From an uncultured Acidobacteriota bacterium (GTDB taxonomy: Bacteria; Acidobacteriota; UBA6911; RPQK01; JAPXNP01): DNA of 64,000 bases. The notes beneath the pieces were generated by a model. It worked only from the letters and a program-made list of their open reading frames with translations, did not search any database and had not been told where the DNA came from. Both the position numbers and the translations under genes were made by a program. The first letter of the stretch is position 1. Each line of letters begins with the position of its first letter. Positions 29,630 to 38,985 of this stretch are shown one piece after another. The stretch lies in contig CAVZRV010000006.1 of assembly GCA_963777605.1 (NCBI GenBank), positions 96,001-160,000 of the forward strand, written 5' to 3'.

Positions 29630-29755
29630 TGTCCGAACCGGGCCACCGTGCCTTGATCTAGTCGAGCAAGTTGATTCCCCCCACAGCTTGCCATTCTCTA
29701 TCACCTCTGTGCACAATCGGTGCGGGCACAGATCAAGTGCTCAAAGGCAGGCAAC

Positions 29756-31474
29756 ATGAATCGCTCTTCTTCCCCAATCTCTCTTCTCTTCATTCTCTCG
29801 GTCCTGGCAACGCTTTTCGTCCCTGCCGCGGCTGTAGCGCAACCGGCCCAGTCCGCTGTCGTGCGGATCGACCCGGGTTTGGCCCTGGTCGATTTCCTGG
29901 CCTTTGACCAGAGTGGAAAATTCGTCCCGGACCTGCGGGCGGACGAGGTGCAGCTCTTCGTTGACGGAAAGCCCGAGAAAGTTGATTTTTTCCAACTGGC
30001 TGACTTTCGCCCAGAACCGTCGGGTGGCGAATCCTCCCTGGGTTCGACGCCGGGCAAGGAGTACACCGAGATCCGCGGCCCCAGCCCGATCATTTTCGTC
30101 TTTGACCTCGACAGTATGGAACCGAGCTCGCTGGCCCCTGCCCGGGAGTCTCTCAAGTCATTTCTTCAACAACCGCACCAAAATCGCCGTCTTTACATGC
30201 TTTTTGCGATTCAGGGTGGCCTCTCCCTGCGCTGCCGGTTGACTGATGACCCGCAAGAGGTTCTCGATGCAGCAGAGTTGCTCACGATCAACCGAACCCC
30301 GGACACCTTCATCGGGCTGATCGAGCAGCTCGCCAAGACCTTCCGAACCCTTGCCCCGGCTCGCCTCTATCTTCAGGCCATGCAGGATTCGGTCTCCGAA
30401 GCCAAGATCTTCGTCAATAACGCGATCAACCACTTGACGACCTTCACCGAAGCGGCGACCGGGCTCGCCCACCAACTCGAGCCGCTTCCCGGTCGAAAGA
30501 GCGTGGTTCTGTATTCAAGCGGTTATCCGGTCACACCTTCGTCCACGGCTTTCCAGATCCTCCTCCAGTTCAACCACAGTGCCGGCCCTGAAGACATCAT
30601 GCCGATGCACATACTGACCGCCCGGTTTGGCCAGCTGACGGATGAAACCGGAACTGACCGGCTGCGGGCCGCACTCCGCGAACTCAACGGGAGTCAGACG
30701 TCCGTTTACGCAGTGAACACTGCCCGGTTGACTGGCGAGGGCCTGGCTAACTCTCCCGAGTCCCAATACATTCCTCGCTCTCTTCAGGGGCAGTACAACA
30801 GCGAGGACCGGAGCAGCCGAAAGTCGTTTCTCGAGCGCGTATCCGATTCAACGGACGGGCTTTCGTCGGAGCTGACAGCGTTCGAAAAGCTCGAGAAACG
30901 GCTGCTTGAAGACAATTCCGCCTATTACGTCCTGGGGTTCCGGCCGTCCTGGAAGTTCAAGGAAGGATCGTTCAAGAAGTACGAGGTCAAGGTCGATCGG
31001 CCGGGAATTTCCGTTAAAGCCCGCTCCGGCTACCTGCTCCGCAAAGAGGACACGGCCCGGGACACGATTGAGTCCGCCTTTGAATTTCCCGAAGTATTTC
31101 GCGACTTCCCAACCGCGGGCACGGCCTCGGTGACAGGGAACCAGGTCTCGGTGCAACTTTCGATTCCCACCCAGGCGCTTCTATTCGGGACGGAGAACGG
31201 GAAGTGGGTTTGCAGGATTCGGGTATTAGGGGTGCTGGTCGATTCGTCGGGGACCTGGCAAACCGGGGGAAACAAGTACAGTATGGCCCGGGAGTTCAAC
31301 CTCTCACTGGACAAGGCGCGCCTCGAGACATTGTTGAAGACCGCCAACGTCACCGCTCCACTGACCGCCCAGGCACCGCCGGGACGCTACGAGCTGATCC
31401 TTGTCACCCGCCAGTGGCCGAGTGGAAGGGTCTCCACCTGGTACACCGACGTAGCGGTCCCGGAGCCCCAATAG
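29756..31474 (+). CDS. VWA-related protein, acidobacterial type
   Basis: LVDFLAFDQSGKFVPDL, FVFDLDSM, LPGRKSVVLYSSG, YYVLGF and VKARSGY; signal peptide. Confidence 0.85.
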   Translation: MNRSSSPISLLFILSVLATLFVPAAAVAQPAQSAVVRIDPGLALVDFLAFDQSGKFVPDLRADEVQLFVDGKPEKVDFFQLADFRPEPSGGESSLGSTPGKEYTEIRGPSPIIFVFDLDSMEPSSLAPARESLKSFLQQPHQNRRLYMLFAIQGGLSLRCRLTDDPQEVLDAAELLTINRTPDTFIGLIEQLAKTFRTLAPARLYLQAMQDSVSEAKIFVNNAINHLTTFTEAATGLAHQLEPLPGRKSVVLYSSGYPVTPSSTAFQILLQFNHSAGPEDIMPMHILTARFGQLTDETGTDRLRAALRELNGSQTSVYAVNTARLTGEGLANSPESQYIPRSLQGQYNSEDRSSRKSFLERVSDSTDGLSSELTAFEKLEKRLLEDNSAYYVLGFRPSWKFKEGSFKKYEVKVDRPGISVKARSGYLLRKEDTARDTIESAFEFPEVFRDFPTAGTASVTGNQVSVQLSIPTQALLFGTENGKWVCRIRVLGVLVDSSGTWQTGGNKYSMAREFNLSLDKARLETLLKTANVTAPLTAQAPPGRYELILVTRQWPSGRVSTWYTDVAVPEPQ

Positions 31475-31510
31475 GTTCAGGGGACTCCGGGCATTTTTGC
31501 GATTCGGGTC

Positions 31511-32431
31511 TCAGCCGTTGATGAGGAGACGATCGACCCGGTTTGCGACGTCTTTGAGGTAGGCCAGGTCTCCACCCCGGATCTCGACCGTCACAGGTCC
31601 GTGGTAGCCGACCTCCATCAACGCTTCCCGCACTGCCGGCCAGTTCACGTCACCGTCGCCAAGGTTCACGAACTGGTAGCCTTCCCGCTTGAAGTCTTTC
31701 AGATGAACCTTGTCAATCCGGTAGCGCAGGGTGCGGATCCAATCCTCCGGGTAACCATAGAGCAGGACGTTGCCCACGTCGAAATAGGCCTTCAGCCAGG
31801 GACTGTTGAAGTGGTCAACGTAGCTGCGGAATTCAATCGGGCTGAGCAGAAACCGGTTCCAGACTTCCTCGATCGCAATCACCACTTCGAGTTCCTCGGC
31901 GAGAGGAAGCAGTTTCCCGACCTGCTCTACGGAGCGGTCCCAGGCGTCCTCGTAACGCGTCTCCGGATTTACTACCGCAGGGACCAGCAGCACGCTGTCG
32001 GCCCCCCAAAACTTGGCGTTCCGGAGAGACTGCCTCATTCCTTCGAGACTCTTCTCCACTGCTTCGGGGTCACCGCTGGAGAGCGGGTACTTCCAGTGGG
32101 CCTGGTTCATCACATCGCGGATGATGATCCCTGCGTCCTCCGCCGCGCGCTTGATCTCCTCCGCGGTGGCTTGATCCGGCTCCGTGTAGGTCTGCACGTT
32201 TTGGAAACCCGCATCCCGGGCCAACTTCATTCGATCGGCAATGGACAGTTCCTTGGGCAACATCCCCCACACGACGCCCTTCGTCACCGGAAGCGGTTTT
32301 CCGGACGCACTGCCTGCTTGCGCGGCGGTTGCCGACGCGGTGATGCTCGCGGTTGATTTGGCCAGGACGGCTGCACCTGCTGCAGCCATAGACCCGGTCA
32401 GGAACTTTCTTCTGGTCGTATTTGAATTCAT
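31511..32431 (-). CDS. Tat-exported sugar phosphate isomerase/epimerase (hexulose-6-P isomerase-like)
   Basis: TRRKFL; VLLVPAVV, IEEVWNRFLLSP, YFDVGN and HLKDF motifs. Confidence 0.9.
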   Translation of the reverse strand: MNSNTTRRKFLTGSMAAAGAAVLAKSTASITASATAAQAGSASGKPLPVTKGVVWGMLPKELSIADRMKLARDAGFQNVQTYTEPDQATAEEIKRAAEDAGIIIRDVMNQAHWKYPLSSGDPEAVEKSLEGMRQSLRNAKFWGADSVLLVPAVVNPETRYEDAWDRSVEQVGKLLPLAEELEVVIAIEEVWNRFLLSPIEFRSYVDHFNSPWLKAYFDVGNVLLYGYPEDWIRTLRYRIDKVHLKDFKREGYQFVNLGDGDVNWPAVREALMEVGYHGPVTVEIRGGDLAYLKDVANRVDRLLING

Positions 32432-32751
32432 CGTCTCTCCTTCAGTATCGACATAACGCAATCAACGCCTGCTTTCGGCGCTCCTCCCTGTTTGAACAAT
32501 GAGAAGACCTCCCCGAACCCGAGTCTATGCACCAGGACCGGGTCGGTCAATAGTTCGTACTCGGTTTCCCCTTCGATCAATTCCACGAGCCTTCACGACC
32601 ATCCCCATCTTTTGGAAATTGCACCAGAGCATAGCCTGAGTATACAATCCTGTGTCATCTCTTTCTCTACTTGTCATTTCCATCAATTCCAGTACTTCAC
32701 TGTTCACTGGCGGTGAAGATCCGAAGGAATCTCTTTCGAGGAGACAGCACC

Positions 32752-35700
32752 ATGCGCGCTGAGGGTTTGGTTCGAGTCAACCTTTTGATCATGACCGTCT
32801 TGCTGGCCTGTTCCCAGGGCCAGGCAGCCACGACGCTCAATTTCCCCAGGGTATCGTTCGACCCCAACACCCTAACCGGAGTCGCATTCGTGAATCCCAC
32901 GGATCAGACTGCAACCGTTCAGGTGGTCGCGTACGGAGAAGATGGCAAACCCGTTACGGGAGACGCGTTCGCGAACCCGGCCGAGTTGACGATCGCACCT
33001 TACCGCCAGGAAGCGCGTCTCCTGAGTGAAATCTTCAGCGGATCCTTCCCATCCGACCAGGTCGCGTGGATGGAGGCAACCAGCAGTGTCGACGGAATCA
33101 CTGGCTTTTTTCTCTACCTCGACCCCTCGCTTTCCTTTTTCGACGGAGCGGACCTGCCTGAGACTCAGCGGAAAATTGTCTTCAACGAGGTCCGCTCGGA
33201 CGATTCATCTTCGACTGAGCTAAACGTTTTCAACCCCAACCCGTCGCCGACGATCCTCACCCTGACCCTGTTTCGCCCCAATCTGGCGCCACTCACACTG
33301 AACAATCCGATCAACCTGGCCGCCCACGGTGTGACCCGCTTCGACGCCGGTTCGGTATTCGGGCTCGATTCGATTCCGGTGGGCAGTACCCTCACCGTGG
33401 TCGCATCTGCCCCGGTCGGAGGTTTCGAATTTGTCAGGTTCCCGGGCCAGGATCTGGTGGGACTGAACGCCAAACCGGGCACCGAATCCCTGTCTGCACT
33501 CTATTTTCCTCAATTGGCGGTGCTTGGCCCCTGGAAGACGGAACTGGGTGTCGTCAGCTATGCCGAACAGCCTTCCATCCTCACCATCTCGGCATACCGG
33601 GGAGACGGGTCCCTGTACGCGGAGCCCGATTTGATCGGGTCCAATCCGGTGACGCGAATCCTCCCCGCGGGCCAGACGATGCTGGAAGACATCTCGACCC
33701 TCTTTCAGTTCCCCGGAACCGAAACCCTGACCGGGTGGCTCAAGGTCGAATCGACCTCCGATGCAGTCAACGGGTTCATGTCTTACGGGATTCCGATCGC
33801 CGGCTCCCGAGCGGCCGTTGCCGCTCAGGGCATCCCTCGGAAAATTGCCCTCTTCTCTCACATTGCCACAGCCTTCGGCTATTTCACCGGGGTCGCGTTG
33901 TTGAATCCGGGCACGATCCCCACCAACTATCGGGTGATCGCATTTACGAAGGAGGGGGCTCAGATCGGGACTTACGAAGGGCTGCTCCGACCCGGCGAAC
34001 GGGTCAGCCAGCTCATTACCGAGATGATCGAAGGAACCGCGGCTCAGAGTTCGGGATTCTTTATTGTCGTTGCCGAACAGCCCATCTACATGAGCTCACT
34101 CTTCGGAACTTCGACCGTCCTGGCCAACATTGCTCCCCAGTCCAGTTCGGCGCTGGACGGAAATACGATCGGAGGCCAGTCCTCGACAGTGACTCCCCAT
34201 CTGGCCGTTGTCAGACCGGGTGCCTCGTTCCAGTTCCAGGCTTCCGCCTTCACCATCGACCCGGTCTGGAAAGTCGAGAGCTTGCCGGGCGGTGATCCGG
34301 AGATTGGAAACATCTCCCAGAGTGGTCTCTTCACCGCTCCCTCTGCTGCTCCCGACCTTCTTCCGGTGACCGTGTCCGCCGAAAGCGAAAACCAGGTATC
34401 CGGGGCGGCAGCGGATATTCTCGATCCTTCCGTACTCCTCCGGGGCCAGGGAACGGTTCTTTCGGTGGCTTACCTCCGCAACCTGAAGCGACTCTATACC
34501 GCCGAACTCAGCGCACAGGCCATTCAAGCGACGAGTTCCGGGCAGTCCCCGGCAGCCGACCCGCCCACCAGCCGAATCGTTCGGGTGTTTCCCGGAGCCG
34601 CAGTACAGCGGGCGGAGTTTCAGGGGGAGCGCATCTCCAAGATGATTCCCTACACGGCCTCGAACGGGACGGAGTTTCTGCTGTTTACGGCTAACTCCAG
34701 CGGAAGAGTCATTCGGCTGAACCCGGATACCGGGGAAATTCGTGATGTCATTACCGGTCTGAACGCTCCCTCTGCCCTGGTGCTCGACCCGGTGGGCGGG
34801 AACCTGCTTGTGGCCGAGCAGAATCAGATCCGAAGCTTCCCTCGACCTCTCCTGGAAGGTGACCTGCCCGCTCAAAGTCAGACCGATATTGCAGCTCAAC
34901 GATCCTCGACGCGACGGCCCGTCGCGGGTTCGGCTCAGGTGGTCTCCGGGCTCGTCTCACCCCAGGGCCTCGTCGTCGATGCCTGTTCAGGCCGACTCTA
35001 TTTCAGTGACGCCGGCTCGGTCGTGGAGTTTGATCGGCTGACCGGTCAGTCCCGCATCCTTGTCAATGACCTCGAGGCTCCCGGGCAACTGCTTGCGATT
35101 TACCGTTCCGGGCAATCCTGCCCTTCCGCGTTTCATTTGCTCGTCTCAAATCCCGGGGGAGAGTCACCAATTCTGGTAGTTCCCTCCGAGGACCTGGTCC
35201 TGCCGTGGGTGGGTCTGCCGGATACGGCGGACCTGGCATTCGTCCCTAAAGACAGTTCTCTCGGCACCGCCGAATCAGTCCTGCTCGGCGAAGTCGATGG
35301 AAGCAGCGGACAGGTTGAACGCGTCCGGGTTTCCGGACTCTATTCCGATCATCCGACCAACCCGTCTGGTGCCATACCGGCGCTGGACTTTGCCGATCCA
35401 CTCGGAGACACGTTCGGAAGCGGAACCTATCAGCCGGACGCGTGGAGCGTCACGACTTTCTTTTCCGAGCCCTCAACAACCCAGAACAATGCAGCGCTCG
35501 TGTTCATGCAGGGCGACTCCACCAGCAACGGGAACGAGATCGTCTCGGGATTGAAACTGACCTTTCGAAATCATGTGAGCCCTGCCGGGAGCGGACAGGA
35601 GGACGACCTGTTCGGCTGGATCGATCTTGATACGGACCAGGATCCCCTGACGGGCCGGACTTCGTACGTCGACGAGCGGACCAACTATTCCGCCGGGATT

Positions 35701-35982
35701 GGGAGTGATTTCATCCTCGACTTCGGAGGCTTCAGCTCTGGTGACGGGACGATCCCGCTTCTGCAGGTCGTGGGAGAAAGCCTGGAAGAGGTCGCTCGCA
35801 TTCGAGTCGCTTTCGTGGATGAGCCTGATTTCGGCGGCACCAGCGTCCTGCTCGATTTTCACATTGACGATATCGATCCGGACGGCCGAGCCAACGTGGC
35901 GATCCTGGTCGGGACCGCCGAGGAATCCACCGACGCCATCCCGAACGGAGGTTATCTCAGCTCCGGTTACTCCGCGCCCTGA
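32752..35982 (+). CDS. Large exported modular surface protein (repeated beta domains, Ig-like, NHL-type propeller)
   Basis: Signal peptide; three related modules (LNFPR..TGVAFVNP / LYFPQ..WKTELG / LFSHIA..TGVALLNP); GNISQSGLFTAP Ig motif; GLNAPSALVLD and GLVSPQGLVVD NHL-like blades. Confidence 0.75.
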   Translation: MRAEGLVRVNLLIMTVLLACSQGQAATTLNFPRVSFDPNTLTGVAFVNPTDQTATVQVVAYGEDGKPVTGDAFANPAELTIAPYRQEARLLSEIFSGSFPSDQVAWMEATSSVDGITGFFLYLDPSLSFFDGADLPETQRKIVFNEVRSDDSSSTELNVFNPNPSPTILTLTLFRPNLAPLTLNNPINLAAHGVTRFDAGSVFGLDSIPVGSTLTVVASAPVGGFEFVRFPGQDLVGLNAKPGTESLSALYFPQLAVLGPWKTELGVVSYAEQPSILTISAYRGDGSLYAEPDLIGSNPVTRILPAGQTMLEDISTLFQFPGTETLTGWLKVESTSDAVNGFMSYGIPIAGSRAAVAAQGIPRKIALFSHIATAFGYFTGVALLNPGTIPTNYRVIAFTKEGAQIGTYEGLLRPGERVSQLITEMIEGTAAQSSGFFIVVAEQPIYMSSLFGTSTVLANIAPQSSSALDGNTIGGQSSTVTPHLAVVRPGASFQFQASAFTIDPVWKVESLPGGDPEIGNISQSGLFTAPSAAPDLLPVTVSAESENQVSGAAADILDPSVLLRGQGTVLSVAYLRNLKRLYTAELSAQAIQATSSGQSPAADPPTSRIVRVFPGAAVQRAEFQGERISKMIPYTASNGTEFLLFTANSSGRVIRLNPDTGEIRDVITGLNAPSALVLDPVGGNLLVAEQNQIRSFPRPLLEGDLPAQSQTDIAAQRSSTRRPVAGSAQVVSGLVSPQGLVVDACSGRLYFSDAGSVVEFDRLTGQSRILVNDLEAPGQLLAIYRSGQSCPSAFHLLVSNPGGESPILVVPSEDLVLPWVGLPDTADLAFVPKDSSLGTAESVLLGEVDGSSGQVERVRVSGLYSDHPTNPSGAIPALDFADPLGDTFGSGTYQPDAWSVTTFFSEPSTTQNNAALVFMQGDSTSNGNEIVSGLKLTFRNHVSPAGSGQEDDLFGWIDLDTDQDPLTGRTSYVDERTNYSAGIGSDFILDFGGFSSGDGTIPLLQVVGESLEEVARIRVAFVDEPDFGGTSVLLDFHIDDIDPDGRANVAILVGTAEESTDAIPNGGYLSSGYSAP

Positions 35983-38825
35983 GAAACGAGCTCCGGGTTT
36001 CTTGGCAAGCTGAGCAGATTGGCGATCAGGCGATAGGCTCCCGGAACTCCTTCGGGCAGCTGGCGGTAGAACGCGTAGGCGCAGTACACATAGATTCCTC
36101 GACCGTAATGGGCGTAGAGGAAGCCGCCTGACTGCGGATCCTGCCCGGGATCATGGGTTTCGACCAGCGCCTCGTAGTGGGCGTCCCAGGACCGCATGAA
36201 CTTTGATCCCCGCTGCTCGATCCAGCCTGCGAAATCATCCGCCCCGATCCGGTTGGGCCAGGTCAAAGCCGGGTTTTCGGGCTTCAGGATCTCGACCGGA
36301 GAACGCTCATCGGTCACTTCCTCGGGATTTCGCCCCATCTCATAGGGATAGGGGCCGAAGTTTTCGTCATATTCGGGAGTGTTGTATTGGACCACCACCA
36401 CTCCGCCGTTCTTCACGTAGTCGAGCAGTCGCCCGTTGTGGGTCTTGAGAGCCGGGCGCGCGGCGTAAGTTCGAACACCCAGGAGGATGACGTCGAAGCG
36501 GCTGAGGTCTCCCGACGCCAGGTCCTGGTCACTCAGAAAGGTGACCTGGATACCCAGGTTGGTCAGGTATTCGGGAACGGAGTCCCCGGTCCCGGTGATG
36601 TACGCGACGCTCAGGTCTTTGGCAACTTTCACGTCCACGCCCCGAGTCTCGTAAAGCGCAGGTCGGTAGAGGTTGTAGGGCCTCAATCCGGGGTAACCAG
36701 CCTGCCGCAATCCCTCGCTGTACTCACGTCCATCGTAGGTGGCGACGGCACGAATATCATAGGCCCGATCCTCCACGCCTGCCGGGAATACCCGAAAGGC
36801 GATTCGGTCTTCTTCACCGTCCCGAGCAGTCTGGTAACGCGCCGACTCCGGTTCGGCTCGCCACCCCTGGGGCAGGCTCAACCTCAAGTCGCCCTCCGCG
36901 GCCCCTTTCACGTTGCTGCCCACGGTGACCATCAATTCGAACGACTCTGCGCCAAATGGCACCACTCCCCGGCCCGGAGACACGGCAACCGAGACAGGGG
37001 GCCCGACCACGAGTGGGTTCATGACGGCACCCAACCCGGTGACCCTCTTGAGCGTCTGAACCACCTGCCCGGTTTCCAGCTTGACACCCCGGTAGTTCAG
37101 AGTCAGCCGAGCGGCAAGTGGGTATGGCCGGTGTGAGCGACCCAGAAACTGCGTCTCTTTCACGTCGTAGTAGGCCTGTTCAATTCCCGGGCGGGTGAAG
37201 TAGGGGCGGGTGTAGGTCGGGTTGGAGGGCACCTTGACTTTGAACCGGACGTCTTGTGGGGTGTTCTCCGCCAGGTCCCGCGGAAACTCCGCCGAGGTCT
37301 CAATCTGCCAGGGAGAGGAATCGGAGGCAACCAGCTCGACTCGGGCCAGTTGTACCGGCTCGGAGGTCTGGTTGGTCACCGATACCTTGACCTGGAACTC
37401 CAGGTCCGGAATCGCCAACTGGAAGGTGTCTCGCATCCGGCGGAACATGGGGCTCCCCTCGGGTTCATCCGGGCTGACGACGGCCAGGGCCGACACTCCG
37501 AGCGCCTCCAAAAGTGCTTCGTTGAACTGCTTTTCCTTAACTCGGAGCTCAAACACCACGTCCATCCGGGCCGGCTGTGGCAAATCGGATGCCTCCACGC
37601 TGGAGATCAGCGCACGGGTGGCGGTCAATCCTTCCGCCAGCACGGGGCCGACTCGCCCTGTTTCCTCCGCCGAGAACTCGTTCAGAGCGCGATCGACCAA
37701 TTCCTGAATCTGTTCCAGGCCCAGGAGAAGAAATGACGGCGGGTTGTCGCCAGCCAAACCGGAGATGCCCTTGAGAGTTGTGTCGATGCCATCGAAGAGC
37801 CCTGCCTCGGTTTCCCCCGACTTGACCCGCGAGCCGAACCGATAGTAGTCGGACGAAAAGCTCCCCGCCGGGGGAACCGAAGCTCCCCCGTTTTGACATT
37901 TCTGCAGTCCGAGCCCTTCCCGGGAAATCTGCAGGAAGTTGAATCCCAGCAGCGGGTCATAACTCCCGGACTCCACCTTCACCGTCGTCGGCATGCCGCC
38001 GTCGGTCCAGGTATTCGCGACGTAGTTCTGGAAACCGGCCGGAGACCACTTCTGCGTTGCGTAGTTGTACAACCCTTTCGGATCGAGGCTTCCTTCCTTG
38101 AGGGACGAGGGGACCCGGGCGTACACCTTGAGCGGGTTCCAGGGCCTCAGTCCCTCTTTGAGTTGCTCCGGGTAAACGGTTGGATCCCCGGCCAGCCGGA
38201 AGGCTTCCTGGGCGAGCTGACCGGTCGTCTGGTGGTTTCCGTGCCCGTCGGTCGCCCCTCCAACAAACACGGAGGTCAGGACCAGTGGCCTTGTCATGCG
38301 GATGACCCGGACGACGTCGGAACGCACCCGGTCATAGCCCCACTCGTCGAAAGCCTCCTCCCTGGTTTTCGAAAAGCCGTAGTCGGTCGCCCGGCTCCAG
38401 TACTGAGAGACACCATAATAGCGGTCGGCAGCGAGCAACTCCTCCGTCCGCACCAATCCGAGGGCATCGAAAAAGTCGTCGGACATCACGTTGGCCCCGC
38501 CCTCGCCCCGGGTCAGGCAGAGAAGACCGACTCGCGCTCCGTTACCCCGTGATTCCAGAGTCAGCAGACCACCGTCCTCGTCATCGGGGTGGGCGGTGAT
38601 CATCAGCAGACTGGCCCGGGTCCCCAGCTTACGGAGGCTCTGGTAGAGGCCCACCGCTCCCCGGTCGTAACTCAGAGGCGTCGCGAATTCATCGGGTTCA
38701 ATGGTGGTTTCGGGGTTCCCTGGGAAGCGTGTCTCGTTTGCAGCAGACAGCGCAATCGAGCCGGCGATGACCGCCGGCAAGGCAACGGAAATCCAACCCC
38801 ATCGTGGCACGTATCTAAGCTTCAT
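35967..38825 (-). CDS. Exported PIG-L/LmbE family deacetylase with NEW3-like and C-terminal glutamine-amidotransferase-like domains
   Basis: AHPDDED, LTRGEGG, RTEELLAA, DYGFSK, HGNH and FYRQLPEGVPGAYRLIANL motifs; GGAGG SD before ATG 38825. Confidence 0.9.
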   Translation of the reverse strand: MKLRYVPRWGWISVALPAVIAGSIALSAANETRFPGNPETTIEPDEFATPLSYDRGAVGLYQSLRKLGTRASLLMITAHPDDEDGGLLTLESRGNGARVGLLCLTRGEGGANVMSDDFFDALGLVRTEELLAADRYYGVSQYWSRATDYGFSKTREEAFDEWGYDRVRSDVVRVIRMTRPLVLTSVFVGGATDGHGNHQTTGQLAQEAFRLAGDPTVYPEQLKEGLRPWNPLKVYARVPSSLKEGSLDPKGLYNYATQKWSPAGFQNYVANTWTDGGMPTTVKVESGSYDPLLGFNFLQISREGLGLQKCQNGGASVPPAGSFSSDYYRFGSRVKSGETEAGLFDGIDTTLKGISGLAGDNPPSFLLLGLEQIQELVDRALNEFSAEETGRVGPVLAEGLTATRALISSVEASDLPQPARMDVVFELRVKEKQFNEALLEALGVSALAVVSPDEPEGSPMFRRMRDTFQLAIPDLEFQVKVSVTNQTSEPVQLARVELVASDSSPWQIETSAEFPRDLAENTPQDVRFKVKVPSNPTYTRPYFTRPGIEQAYYDVKETQFLGRSHRPYPLAARLTLNYRGVKLETGQVVQTLKRVTGLGAVMNPLVVGPPVSVAVSPGRGVVPFGAESFELMVTVGSNVKGAAEGDLRLSLPQGWRAEPESARYQTARDGEEDRIAFRVFPAGVEDRAYDIRAVATYDGREYSEGLRQAGYPGLRPYNLYRPALYETRGVDVKVAKDLSVAYITGTGDSVPEYLTNLGIQVTFLSDQDLASGDLSRFDVILLGVRTYAARPALKTHNGRLLDYVKNGGVVVVQYNTPEYDENFGPYPYEMGRNPEEVTDERSPVEILKPENPALTWPNRIGADDFAGWIEQRGSKFMRSWDAHYEALVETHDPGQDPQSGGFLYAHYGRGIYVYCAYAFYRQLPEGVPGAYRLIANLLSLPRNPELVSQGAE

Positions 38826-38871
38826 CAGACCTCCCCCGAAACATGTCGAATCAGATTCGATCCCTCGTTCG

Positions 38872-38951
38872 AAACGCAAGGGCGCCAAGACCGCCAGGGT
38901 CCTTTTGGGTTCAAGAGAAGAAAACCTTTGCGCCTTGCTGTCTTGGCGGTT
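38872..38951. repeat. REP-like imperfect inverted repeat of CGCMARG units
   Basis: AAACGCAAGGGCGCCAAGACCGCCAGG ... CTTTGCGCCTTGCTGTCTTGGCGGTT, located between two co-oriented genes. Confidence 0.45.
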
Positions 38952-38985
38952 CAATCCAACGTGGATATCCTCCCCGAACGCCCCC

